Positions 25,255 through 37,986 of a DNA stretch of 64,000 nt are shown piece after piece (position 1 is the first letter of the stretch; the number at the start of each line of letters is the position of its first letter). This DNA comes from Mytilus trossulus (taxonomy: Eukaryota): the NCBI RefSeq assembly GCF_036588685.1, contig NC_086378.1, positions 6,758,001 to 6,822,000 of the forward strand, in the 5' to 3' direction. Position numbers and translations under genes: made by a program. The notes beneath the pieces were generated by a model, which made no database searches, was not told the DNA's origin, and worked only from the letters and a program-made list of their open reading frames with translations.

Positions 25255-28200
25255 GTAAACCACAGATATTCACTTTATTGAATATCGAAAAAAATATTCC
25301 GACACGGAAAACCTCTGACCTTTAAATAGCATAATAGTATTGTTTTTAAATCATTCAGAGATGGAAGATGTTATGATTTTTTTAAGTGCACAATCTATGA
25401 TAATGTTTGATTGGAATTTTCTGCAATAATAATTTTGAAATTTTAAGTAAAGGAATATATCTCTCTCATGCTAAGCTCTTATCTATTGTCGAGAATTGAC
25501 TATACTTTAGGCATTTTTATGGTTTTAGTAATTCCTCAACGTTTGTTACAGATGTTTTATTCGCAAAAGTGGGCCTCGAGCTTTACTGAATAGATAAACT
25601 CATCACAGATACCATATCATAGATAAATAACTTTAGACGATAATTATCGGGTCCGTGTAACACTTATCAATTCAAAGTTTTAAAAAGTTTTGAAATTTTA
25701 GATTTTTGGAATTTTGATCAAAGTTTTAAAATATTCAAATTTCAAATTGTGTAAAAGTTTGAAATTTTAAAATTTTAGCCAAATTATTAAAATATTAAAA
25801 TTCAAAATATCGTTAATAAATTTGATAGTTTAGGAATTTGATCAAACTTTTAAGATACTAAACCTAACGTGCAATTTTGATTATTTCACTTTTTGAAAGT
25901 TTGATTTTTTAAAATTTTTGATTAAAATATCAAAAATAGAAAAGGGGCGAAAAGAGGGGTACCTGTAAACACTGATGTAAACACGCCTCTGATAACAATT
26001 ATTCTTAGTTAAAAATAAATAGCACGAAATATATAAATCATTTTTAATTACAAAACAAATAATGAAAAGAAGAAGTTTTTTTTTTTTATAAAACATATTA
26101 GACATCACATAGGATAACAGTATCCTGATATTTTAAGGTTGTACACTCTCAAAAAAAATTAGTTAAACCTATTTACACTGGAATCAAATAGGTTGATTTA
26201 AATCTCTTATATAAGGTTAGCGTTTTAGATAAATAATTCAGAGCTATTTGGTGTTCCCAGTGCCCAACATTTAGAAAAAAACAGTTAAAACTGGCCAACT
26301 CGCAGTAAACCAAATAGTATTTTTCGCCTTTTTGACGTTCCTGATGAAGGTAGACCCAGATATAAAAGCGCTACAACTTTAAACATTTTGTTTTCTTTTT
26401 TTATCGATTGCATAACGATAATATACTGCCGTTTATGATTTATTTCAGTTCCAAGAAATGATACAAAAGGAATACTTAATGTATAGCGTAAAAAGTAAAA
26501 TCACAAAAATACTGAACTCAGAGAAAAATCAATACGGAAAGTCCATAATCACATGGCAAAATCAAATAACAAAACGCATCAAAAACGAATAGACAAGAAC
26601 TGTCACATTCCTGACTTGGTACAGGCATTTTCAAATGTAGAAAATGGTGGATTAAACCTGGTTCTATAGCGCTAACCCTCTCTCTTTAATAACAGTCTCT
26701 TCAAATTCCGTTATATTTACATGATGTGTTAAATAAACAGTCACAATTAATAAAATAGTCAAAATATGGGTATATCAGTCATCATCGCATAACAATTTTA
26801 AAAGGGACAATTTAACAGAATACAAAAACATTTATCTACGAACACATGGATTGACTTGAGTGTCTGACGTCATAAAATTTGTATACGTCACATAAATTTG
26901 TCGTTCAATGTGCATACAAACAGTTGCGTCGCAATGAACGTTGCGCTAGGCATGCTTCAGCTGGCCCCTCGACACTAAAGGTTACTGGTTCAGTGATTAT
27001 AGACGTCATACTAAACTCCGAAATATAACAATAAACTAAAATTAAAATCACACAAGACTTAAAAGGACAGAGGCTCCTGAATTTGGACAGGCGCACAAAT
27101 GCGGCGGAGTTAAATACGTTTCGTGAGATCAAACCCCCCCCCCCGTTATACCTCTAGCCAATAAAGAATGTAAAACATACAGTAATACGAACAGTAAAAC
27201 GCACTTGAAAAGGAAATACAAGTCCTATGTCAGAATAGGAAACAAAAGAAACTTATCAAAATGACAATGATTATAAATTACAAAAAGGACAGCTATAATA
27301 AAGCTAGCAGTTACTGCCATACGCCAGCTCCAGACCTCAATTAAACTAATTGAAAGGTTATGCCTTCATTATGCACACTCTCTCCCTGTTGTATTTATTG
27401 CTAATTTGTTCCGGAACATTCATGAAATATTTGTCACTGGCAACAAAAAGTCGATAATTCAGAATAGGTTGCAGGTTGTTTACGTACAAATTACGAAGAA
27501 ACTTAGAATTCAACTCCCTCGGACAAAGTAGCCCTTATCGCTGGATTGTGATATGTTTTAACTTCACTTTGGTCAAACATCTCTTCAATTGTTTCGGTTC
27601 TGATTTTTCTTGACTTTCAAATTTCAGTTTTCAGCGTTCCGTGCTCAAATAAGAAGATACAAATACGGAACATTTATATCCCTTAATAATTTTTTTTTAT
27701 TTCTGGTCTCTTGTGGAGATTTGCCATATTGGCAATAATGCCACATCTTCTTTTTTATATTTAGGACGACACTGGGACCTGTACTTTTGCATCGTTTAAA
27801 TCGCTGAAATTCTTGCTTTTTCGTCTGCTCATTTTCAAACATATATTATTTGCAGTAATAAAATAAAATAGTTGAAGTATTCAGTACTAAGAATATCTTA
27901 TAGGTCTAATCTTAGGACAGTGTCGATAAACATGCCACAGTTATCATAATGTTATTATGTAACACATGTATTTTAATTTAAATGAATAAAAGTCTTTTAT
28001 TTACTCGCGTTTACATTTTAGGCATTAAGCTTAATGCCTGCATACAATTTTCAGGATTTAAGCTTAATGTCTAACATCATTTAGGCAACCGACTTCCTGC
28101 CTAGGCGTTAGCTTATTGCCTAGGATTTAAGTTTAATGCCTAATTTCTCTTATTGCCGCTAACATATATATATATATATATATAAAGATCACTATAATAA

Positions 28201-28257
28201 ATGTTCTTGTGTATAGAAATATATATAGATTACTAATAAATCCAACATTTCCGGTAT

Positions 28258-28320
28258 GAATAGTTTTAATTCACTAGTACTTTCATGTTTAAATAACAAT
28301 CTTCAGGTGAAACTATACAT
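28258..28320 (-). ncRNA. Minimal type I hammerhead ribozyme in the Penelope 3' region
   Basis: Minus strand: TTCAC-CTGAAGA-ttgttatttaaacat-GAAA-GTAC-TA-GTGAA. Stem I TTCAC/GTGAA (extendable), palindromic stem III AGTACT, weak AU-rich stem II. Confidence 0.75.
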
Positions 28321-28434
28321 GATTAACGTAACTATGTAACGGTAGGTATGTAACGTCATAGTTGTCGTTGAGTATATAAAGGGAGATAAATCGTATTACA
28401 CTTAGTCTATATATAGAAGTATGGAGCGTCATTA

Positions 28435-30558
28435 TTACACAATAGAAAATGCATAGTTTGCATTCAATCGTGATTTAAATTTTAAAATAAAATGTTTTTC
28501 CTTGACTTCTCGTGTAATGTCACAACCCATATTCATTTTATAAAATGGGAATATTTTAAAAAATCCCCCTCCACATTCGTCTAAATGTTTGCTTAGGGGG
28601 ATTTTTCTGTATTGTGGCTGCCGTATATGTTGTCTATGAATGCGCACTCTTTCTGTTACACTGTTCCCTGTTTGGCCGATATAAATTTCCTGGCAACCAT
28701 TACATTTAATGCAATAAATTAAATTCTCGGATTTACAGGTAATGTCTTCGTTGGTAAAAAGTGATAGACCATTAGGTATGTCCATTCCCTTGCCAACATG
28801 GATATACGGACATGCCCCACAACGACTATCTCGACATTTTGACACACTGAATGTTCTTTTTTGGTCGAATCGTGCTCGGGTCAATAGTCGTTTAAGGTTT
28901 TGTGGTTGCCGTTTACTTTGTAGAAGTGTTTCTGTATTTATTAAACGGCGCATCTTTTCATCCTGACCAAGAATAGGTAAATTTGCCTTTGCAACGGGAA
29001 TAATTTTAAAGTTCCGTGGATTATGTGTAATAACGAACGGTATTTTATCGTTGTTATTACTCTGCTCCTCGCAGGTGGAGCGTAGTTGGTTGGTTGGAAT
29101 CTGTTTTGCCATTTGAATTCCCCTTTCTATTAAAGTCTCTGGATAGTTTTGCTTGATCAAAAATGATTGTAGTTCCTCTAGACGGTCTTCTCTCAAATGT
29201 TCATCCTCGACTACTGTACATATTTTTCTTGCTAAACAATAGGGGATATTCCTTTTGGTATGAGATGGGTGGCACGAATTAAAATCTAAATACTGATGAG
29301 TATCAGTACCTTTGTAAAAAATATCTGTTTTAATTTCAGTGCCATCTTTAATAACAAGAATGTCTAGAAACGGTAATTGGTTGAAATTTTCATCCTTCGT
29401 AAATTTTATGGAGGTATGAAGGTTATTTAGTATGTCCGAAAATAGTTGGAGTTCTTCGTCGGATTTGTTCCAGATAATGAAGCAATCATCAAGGTATCTT
29501 TTCCATGATAATTCAAATTCACTTGCAAATTCAACTCCAAAATTATTTTCAACTTCTTGATACAGTCTTTGTTCAAGGAAGCCCATGACTAATGTTGCAT
29601 ATGTTGGTGCAAATTTTGTTCCCATTGCTGTCCCCCGATGTTGCAAATAGTTCTTGCCATTGAAATAGAAAGAATTGTTTTCAAGAATAAGTTTAGTTGA
29701 ATCGAGTATAAAGTCAACAGTGAATCGATTTGGTATTGCATCTCGATGTTTTGCAACCCAATATTGTATTGCCTCTATTCCTAAATCGTGTGGAATGTTC
29801 GTATATAGGCTTGTGACATCGAAGCTTACTAAACGAGCGTGAACCGGTGCTATTTTTGGCAGGTGTGAGAGAAAATCTATATCGTCTCTTATATAGCTCG
29901 GTACATATTTACATAATGGTTTCAAAATTGTGTCTAAAAAGTTGCTTAGTCTGTGAGTGGGACTTGCTGGACCTGCAATGATGGGTCTAAGTTTAAGATC
30001 CGTCGGTTTTTGCACTTTTATGTATTCGTTTTGCTGAGAATTAATAGCCGATTGGATCTCCTTTGATTTATGGATTTTTGGAAGGCCATAAAAGTTACTC
30101 GTTTTCCTTTCGAAATTTTTCAAGTAATCATACTCTTTTTCCGTAGTGGCCGTTGTGTATTTGTTCAGTACGGTATTCATTCTTCTCTTGACTAGATGAT
30201 CTATATTATCAGGAATTTCTGAGTAAAATGTCGAATCATTGAGTTGTTCTTCAACTTTAATTCTATAGTAGTCTGAATCCATTATTACTATTGCCCCACC
30301 TTTATCGGCCTGCTTAATTATTATGCTTTTATCGTTTCTTAGATTTTGGAGTGCTGACTTTTCGCCCTTAGTTAAGTTGTGGTTGACTTTAATTGGTGTA
30401 AGTGGGTAATTGGACAAATTTTCGATATAGTCATCTAAACACTTGTTTCTTCCGGTATTTGGAATAAAGGTAGATTTGTTTCTTACTAATGAGTTGTCCT
30501 CCTCACTTTCTTTATCCGCGAAATATTCAGTGAGTCTCAATCTTCGACAAAATTTCAT
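28435..30558 (-). CDS. Penelope-like reverse transcriptase + GIY-YIG endonuclease
   Basis: FYGLPKIHK, LRPII, SFDVTSLYTNIP, GTAMG, RYLDD, LPFLD. Cys-rich linker CRDSRCGAC, then NLIYCIKC..C..IYIGQTG..R...H. About 700 uninterrupted codons. Confidence 0.95.
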   Translation of the reverse strand: MKFCRRLRLTEYFADKESEEDNSLVRNKSTFIPNTGRNKCLDDYIENLSNYPLTPIKVNHNLTKGEKSALQNLRNDKSIIIKQADKGGAIVIMDSDYYRIKVEEQLNDSTFYSEIPDNIDHLVKRRMNTVLNKYTTATTEKEYDYLKNFERKTSNFYGLPKIHKSKEIQSAINSQQNEYIKVQKPTDLKLRPIIAGPASPTHRLSNFLDTILKPLCKYVPSYIRDDIDFLSHLPKIAPVHARLVSFDVTSLYTNIPHDLGIEAIQYWVAKHRDAIPNRFTVDFILDSTKLILENNSFYFNGKNYLQHRGTAMGTKFAPTYATLVMGFLEQRLYQEVENNFGVEFASEFELSWKRYLDDCFIIWNKSDEELQLFSDILNNLHTSIKFTKDENFNQLPFLDILVIKDGTEIKTDIFYKGTDTHQYLDFNSCHPSHTKRNIPYCLARKICTVVEDEHLREDRLEELQSFLIKQNYPETLIERGIQMAKQIPTNQLRSTCEEQSNNNDKIPFVITHNPRNFKIIPVAKANLPILGQDEKMRRLINTETLLQSKRQPQNLKRLLTRARFDQKRTFSVSKCRDSRCGACPYIHVGKGMDIPNGLSLFTNEDITCKSENLIYCIKCNGCQEIYIGQTGNSVTERVRIHRQHIRQPQYRKIPLSKHLDECGGGFFKIFPFYKMNMGCDITREVKEKHFILKFKSRLNANYAFSIV

Positions 30559-30573
30559 TAGATTTATTAGTAA

Positions 30574-30608
<35 letters not shown>

Positions 30609-32657
30609 AAAACCTCCCTCATTGAAGACTAGAACAACCTTAATTGGGACACCATGCATTCAGTATTCATACCGTACCAAAAAAATATTAACTAAACTAT
30701 TTGATACAAGGCAATATAATTATGATCGTCATACAACCGATAAAAATGAAACGATGACGTTAAAAATTACGACCAACGCGCTTTTCTGGATCAACCTTCT
30801 TAGGGAACGCTGAAAGATGAATATTTAGGGCCAACAACTTACAAAGAATAGATTAAAACTTGAAAGATGATCGTTCATAATGTACATGGAATGATATATT
30901 CTTTGGCCAACATGATTGCAGAAAGTAAAAAGTCGTAGAGCAAAACAGAAAAATTTTAAATCAAAAGAGATAATACACTGTGTATTGAGCCTTTTTATTG
31001 CTTAGAGTTCAATAGGAAATATATATACATGTTCAACCTAATCATACTATTTGAACAACTGCGAGTTGTTCAGTTTTTATTGTTACTCCTGTTTCTCCCA
31101 AAATATGGATGCTAGAAAACCAGCAAGTAAAATGGCCAATATCAGAGCCGTACGTCTTGTTTTAAAATGGATTCTCTTCTTTTGAGAAATATTTATTTTG
31201 TAATCCAATTTTTCAACGCTTACAACTGTCTGTCTGTGGTTTTATTTTATACATTAACTTTTAAGTATCAGTAAGTTTTCAATTCATATTGTTTTGTTTC
31301 GTTCTGCTTTTAATTGTATTCGCTTTTTACGGGTACCCCTCTTTTTGCCCCTTTTCTATTTTTGATATTTTAATCAAAAATTTAAAAAATCAAACTTTCA
31401 AAAAGTGAAATGATCAAAATTGCACGTCAGGTTTAGTATTTTAAAAGTTTGATCAAATTCCCAAAATATCAAATTTATAAACGATATTTAGAATTTTAAT
31501 ATTTTGATAATTTGGCTAAAATTTCAAAATTTCAAAACTTTTACACAATTTAAAATTTTGATATTTTAAAACTTTATTCAAAATTCCAAAAATCTAAAAT
31601 TTCAAAACTTTTTAAAACTTTGAATTGATAAGTGTTACACGGACCTTATCGAAATGCACATCTAGTTTATTAAAACTTTTACCGGTTTTTTTTATATTTC
31701 AATTAGTATGATCAATGTTAGTCGCAAAAGTGATAGCACTAAACTTTCTTTCAATATATCACTCTTTGATAATTATAAATATAGGATAGCCTCATTATCT
31801 AGGAGGACCCATTAATAATAAAGGTCATCAAGAAGAAATAACTCCCAAGACTATAGATATGTTCTTACACTTGCGTTCACTGCATTGTAGATCAATAGGC
31901 GATTAGATTTGAGTTGAATGATTCAATCAATTGCTTTCACGCGCTAAGTAGTAGCACAGTAGAATTTTGTTGAGATGTTGCTATATTAATTATTTAGCTT
32001 TAATCTAAACTCTCTCATCTTTATTAGTTAAATTCCACTTCAGGAAAAACAAAATACATTTAACAACAGCTAATAAGTCCATGATTCATTTCCAAATACT
32101 GGGAAAAAGCACAATCCTTTATATATGTATGGTTAGATAATAATATACATTCAACAGGCATTCATTTCACGTACCAAGAAAAGCCCTTCGAATTGTTCTG
32201 ACTCAAGCAAGTACGTAAAAGGAAAGTGAAATCCTCTTTCAGATAGAAATACTGAAATGGTAATGTTCTCAAAGTCACCAGTCAGACACACAGTGTGTTA
32301 AGCTCATCCATCTTAGGTAGTTGTAAAAGTTTTAGAAATAATACAAACCTTGTATGATGGAGTCCTAATCGAGTACTTTCATGATTATTATTGATCTCTG
32401 TCTTTAACACACTACATTTTGGTAACAACTTCATGGTAAAAAAATAGAATATCAAAAAATAAAGAACAGTATAAAACACAACATAGAAAACTAAAGACTA
32501 TGCAACACTAATATAACCAAAAACGTAGTAACATGTCTGATAAATTACACTCTATTGTGTAAATCTTAATTCATCATGTATTCTCCACTGTTATTGAACA
32601 GAGGTCGCTTGGATATAAACATTCACGTTAATTTGTATTACCCTAACTATCTTTCAG

Positions 32658-32902
32658 ACGGTAAACAAAACAAATGTATAATTAAGAACGTTGCTCTGAA
32701 GAAAAAAAGCAACAAAGCTCATGGCATCTGAAAACACATTCCTGGGGAAATTATGTGTGCTGTGCATCTGAATATGCGAATGATGGAAATCCAGCAACCT
32801 ACTCACATACCAACCATGACAATTTACCATACTGGTGGGTAGATCTAGGAAAAGTGTATGATATAAAGTGGATTGAAATTATAAACAGACCAGATCTTGC
32901 TG
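32658..32902 (+). pseudogene. F-type lectin paralogue 1, exon 2, with a 1-bp frameshift in an A7 run
   Basis: Acceptor ctttcag|, donor g|gtaagt. 245 nt versus 246 nt in paralogue 2. Corrected reading: NVALK..QQSSW..YANDGN..YSHTN..PYWWVDLG..IINRPD. The deletion is at 32702-32708. Confidence 0.8.
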
Positions 32903-33858
32903 GTAAGTTCCGTTGTGCTTAATTTTTTGAGGCCGGATGCAAATTTGCTAGCTATTGATGATACTTAAATATTTTTTCATTTTGAAAAGAGATCATGGTG
33001 TCTAAAAGTATTAAATTGCGATTATATGAAAACAAATTTAAGGACATTATTTTTCCCCTCTTTCGATCCACAGTTTTTAACTATTTCAGACTCTATTAAG
33101 GTTTTAGTTATGGCATGCATGATAAACAGTAAAATAAGTGTCATCTTTACAGAAACTGTAAGATATAAACAGTACAATAAAGAATTTATGAATGCTTTTC
33201 GTGAATATGTTATGTCGTGGTTATGCCAAAACCTTCATTCATCCTGATTGAAATTTGTATTTTGTTAGACATTTAAATTCGCATTTCAATTGGTATCCAA
33301 CGAATAATTATGTATGACTTGAATATGTGTCCAAGGGATCAAACAAATTAAAATAAGAATCATATCTATCAGTAAACCCAATTATTGGAATAAAAGAAAA
33401 CAGTACATAAAAGAAAAGGTACATAAACGAAAAAGTACATTAAAGAAAGTGTAATAAAAATCAGTACACGAAAAATATAAACGATGATACAACAGAGACA
33501 CAGACGAAGAACACATTAAAACAGTATATGTTTCATGTCTTATGTTTTATCAGACTACGATCATTTCATCTCCATCATTTGCAAAATGTAATTTTCTGCT
33601 ATGAAAACTTCGGACATTAAATGCGGTTTTTTTTTAAATCAGACATTTCTTCCCTCAATCATGATGGCAAAACAATCTCAATGAACTTATTCGTAACAAA
33701 TATCATTTAAAAAAACTTATGTATCATGTTTGACACGGATATGTACTGTCTTGATAAAAAAAAATATTGGTTTAGGGACTAAAGAAACTTTAAATGCTCT
33801 AAACTGTTATTATACATTTGTTTTATATTTTTTCATGTTTAATGAATACATATTTTGT

Positions 33859-36800
33859 GGTCCGTGTAACACTTATCAATTCAAAGTTTTAAAAAGTTTT
33901 GAAATTTTAGATTTTTGGAATTTTGATCAAAGTTTTAAAATATCAAAATTTCAAATTGTGTTAAAGTTTTGAAATTTTGAAATATAACCAAATTATCAAA
34001 ATATCAAAATTCTAAATATCGTTTATAAATTTGATATTTTAGAAACTTGATCAAACTTTTAAAATACTAAACCTAATGTGCAATTTTGATTATTTCACTT
34101 TTTGAAAGTTTAATTTTTTAAATGTTTGCTTAAAATATCAAAAGTATAAAGGGGCGACAAGAGGGGTACCTGTAATCACTGATGTAAACACGGCTCTGAT
34201 AAGAACTATTCTTAGTTATAAATAAATAGCATGAAATATATCAAATTATTCTTAATAACAAAATAAATAATGAAAAGAAGAAGTCGGGTTTTTTTATGAA
34301 ACAAAATATACATCACATGGGATAACAGTATCCTGAAATTTTAAGGTTGTGCATCTATCAAAAAAAAAAATCATTAAACCTATTTAAACCGGAATCAACT
34401 ACGTTAATTTAAATCTCTTATATAAGGTTAGAGTTTGAGATAAATAATTCAAAGCTATTTTGTGTTCCCAGTGCCCAACATTTAGAAGTATCAGTGAAAA
34501 ATGACCAACTCGCAGTAAACCATATAGTATTAACCGCCTTTTTGACGTTCCTGATGAAGGTAGATCATGAAAAAACGCTTCGGTGGGCTGGCATACAACT
34601 TAAAACGTTTTCCTTTCTTGTTTATCGATTGCATGATGATAATATATTGCCTTTTATGATGTATTTCAGTTCCAAGAAATGATACGGAAGGAATACTTAA
34701 ATATAGCGTCGCAATAAAAGTTGTGCTAGGCGTATTTCAGCTGGCCCCTAGACAAAAAAAGTGTACTGGTTCAGCGATTATAGACGTAATACTAAACTCC
34801 GAAATATAACAATGAACTAAAATCAAAATCATAAAAGACTTAGAAGGACAGAGGCTACTGGATTGGGACAGGCGCACAAATGCGGCGGGGTTTAACATGT
34901 TTCGTGAGATAACAACCCTCCCCTAAACCTCTAGCCAATAAAGAATGAAAAACACACAGTAATACGAACAGTAAAACGCTCTTCAATAGGAAATACAAGT
35001 CCTATGTCAGAATAGGAAACAAACTAAGAAACTAATTAACATGCATGACAATGATAATAAAATAACAAAGGACTACTATACATAAGGCTAGCAGTTACTG
35101 TCATACGCCAGCTCCAGACCACAATTAAACTAACTGAAAGGTTTTATATGTCCTCATTATGCACACTCTCTCCCTGTTGCATTTATTGCTATTTTGTTCC
35201 GGAACATTCATGAAATATTTGTCACTGGCAACAACAAAAAATCGATAATTTAAAATAGGTTGTTTACATACAAATTACGAAGAAACGTAAGATTCAACTT
35301 CCTAGGACAAAGTAGACCTTATAGATGGATTTAAATATGTTTTAACTTCACTTTGGTCAAACACCTCTTTAATTGTTTCGTTCTTATTTTGCTTGAATTT
35401 CAAATTTCAGTTTCAGCGTTCCGTATGTGAATTCTTTACTTCAAATTCAGCGTTTAACATTGTACTGGTTTTTCGAGAGCGACATTGGTGTACGGCCAAA
35501 AATGGAAAAAATCCATCATGCAGCTGACAGTGTGGCTTCTCTTTGCACGCCCCATTCTGTCTGGGTCTACATGTGGACTTTTAGTTTGCTAAAAGTCGAT
35601 TGTCGTACGATAACTTCAAAATACCCAAATAACAAAATGCAAATACGGGACAGTAATATCCTTCAATACAAAAAAATCTATTCCTTTTGTTTACTATAAT
35701 AAAACAGTAGTTGATTTATAACCTATAATGGAGCTACGTGTATGATAACCAGTCCAAACGTTGTCTTTAGGGTAGCAACCATGTAACTTTAAAAGTGGGG
35801 TGAGGTTGTTTTGTCGAAGCGCTAACGATTTTATTAAGTTTTTCATCGCCATCAATCAACTTGTCTGGTTCAAAATTTAACACTAAAAGGCATGGATAAT
35901 TTTTCTTTTGTCCTCTTCTGGCACAGAATATTATATCATCAAATTAGGGATCAGAATATTTTAATGTACCATTATCGAAGCCCCTAGTGGTAGTATCAAG
36001 TAAAAAACAGGTACTATCTAAATATTGGTTCCCCAGAAGATTACCATTTATCGCTGATAGAAACTTTTGAACACAATTTTCAACTTTCAAAATGCCGGCA
36101 CCTACAACTGGATAGATGGGTGCTTAATGTAGTACAGCGGCAACTATTACATAAACATGAATGCAAGTTGGGTGCTTAATGTAGTACAGCGGTAATTATT
36201 ACATAAATATGAATGCTCGTGAAAATAATGTTTATGGTATACGTTTATATATGATATGAAAGGTTTCAACTTTTACAAAACCAGAGCTACACGTTGGATT
36301 TAAAAGTTTACTTTATTTGGCCTTTTCAATTTTATTTGACTTTATTTGCCTTTTTAACTTAATTTGGTTCGAGTGTCAATGATAAGTCTTCTGTAAACGA
36401 AACGCGCGTCTGGCGCAAAAACCGGCAAAATTTATATTCCGGTATCCATCTATGATGAGTTTTTGTAGATACCTTGTAACAGTATCTTGGCTCCAATTTG
36501 CTGATATTGGATCCTATTACCGTCTTAATTTCAGCGTAAAACAGATTATATTAAAAACCTCCCACACTGTGGACTAGCACAACCTTAAACCATGCATTCA
36601 GTATCATGAAGCGCTTTTCTTGATCGACCTCCTAACGGAACGCTTAAAGCTGAATATTTAGGGCAAACAACTTACAAAGAACAGATAAAAACGTTGAAGA
36701 TGATCTTTCATTCTGTACATGAAATGATATATTCTTTAGCCAACATAATTGCAGAAAGTAAGAAGTCGTAAAGCAAAACAGAAAAACAATGAAATCAAAA

Positions 36801-37475
36801 GAGATAATACATCGTGTATTGGGCCTTTTTATGGCTTAGAGTTTAGTAGAAAATGTATATATACATGCTCAACATAACCATACTATTTGACCTACTGCAA
36901 GTTGTTCAGTTTTTACTGTTACTCCTGTTTCTCCTAAACTGATATGGGTGCTAGAAAAACCAGCAGGTAAAATGGTCAATATCAGAGCCGTACGTCTGGT
37001 TTTGAAATGAATTATCTTCTTTTAAGAAATATTAATTTTGTCATCCAATTTTTCACCGCTTTCAACTGTCCGTTTTATTTCATACATAAACTTTTAAGTA
37101 TCAGTATGTTTTAATTCATATTGTTTCGTTTCGTTCCGCTTTTATTTCGTTTCGCTTTTTACAGGTATACCTCTTATTGCCCCTTTTCTATTTTGATATT
37201 TTAAGCAAACATTTAAAAAATCAAACTTTCAAAAAGTGAAATAATCAAAATTGCGCGATAGGTTTAGTATTTTAAAAGTTTGGTCAAATTTCTAAACTAT
37301 CAAATTTATAAACGATATTTAGAATTTTGATATTCTAATAATTTGGTAAAAATTTCAAAATTTCAAAACTTTAACACAATTTGAAATTTGATATTTTAAA
37401 ACTTTGATCAAATTTCCAAAAATCTAAAATTTCAAAACTTTTTAAAACTTTGAATTGATAAGTGTTACACGGACC
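33859..37475. mobile_element. Same long-TIR family, copy 2 (6-bp TSD TTTTGT)
   Basis: TTTTGT|GGTCCGTGTAAC ... GTTACACGGACC|TTTTGT. The interior is collinear with copy 1 at both ends. Confidence 0.9.
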
Positions 37476-37986
37476 TTTTGTAAGTGTTCTCAAGTTCGAT
37501 AATTAAACAGATATATACACTTTTGATGATAGCTCTCAATGATTGTACATTACGAACGCAGATTTGCAAAAAGAAATACTAGTAAAAAGTAAAAACACAA
37601 AAATACCGAACTCCGAGGAAAATTCAAAAAGGAAAATCAAAAATCAAAAGGCAAAATCAAAAGTCCAAACACATCAAACGAATGGATAACAACTGTCATA
37701 TTCCTGACTTGGTACAGGCATTTTCTAATGTAGAAAATGGTGGATTGAACCTGGTTTTATAGCTAGCTAAACCTCTCACTTATATGACAGTCGCATCAAA
37801 TTCCATTAAATTGTCAACGATGCATGAACAAAACAAACATACTCAAAGAGTAAAAATGTCAAAAATAGGGGTACAACAGTCAATATTGTGTTATCATCTT
37901 AATATCTCTACATAAACAACAAATGTAACAAAGAAGCACAAAAAGGCATACATTAATTTAACATTCTCATTTTGCTTTTCTTATAC

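Larger units (their letters stand above)
28185..30575 (-). mobile_element. Penelope-like retroelement, probably 5'-truncated, flanked by (TA)n tracts
   Basis: RT + GIY-YIG ORF. (TA)n at 28164-28184 and 30576-30606. Hammerhead motif in the 3' region. Confidence 0.9.
25650..31645. mobile_element. Non-autonomous long-TIR element (~320-bp TIRs, 6-bp TSD TTATCG), copy 1, containing a Penelope-like insertion
   Basis: TTATCG|GGTCCGTGTAACACTTATCAATTC ... GAATTGATAAGTGTTACACGGACC|TTATCG. Inverted similarity spans ~25650-25970 versus ~31325-31645. Confidence 0.9.

Noticed and set aside
26334-26372. Third hammerhead-like family (gttcCTGATGAaggt...aaaagcgc; also ~34545, ~30775(-) and ~36610(-))
   Set aside because: The CTGATGA box is present in some copies, but I could not build complete stems and core in any copy here. 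At most these are decayed relics.
30559-30609. N-terminal MIYIYIYIY of the 724-aa ORF
   Set aside because: It is the translation of the flanking (TA)n microsatellite, not protein.
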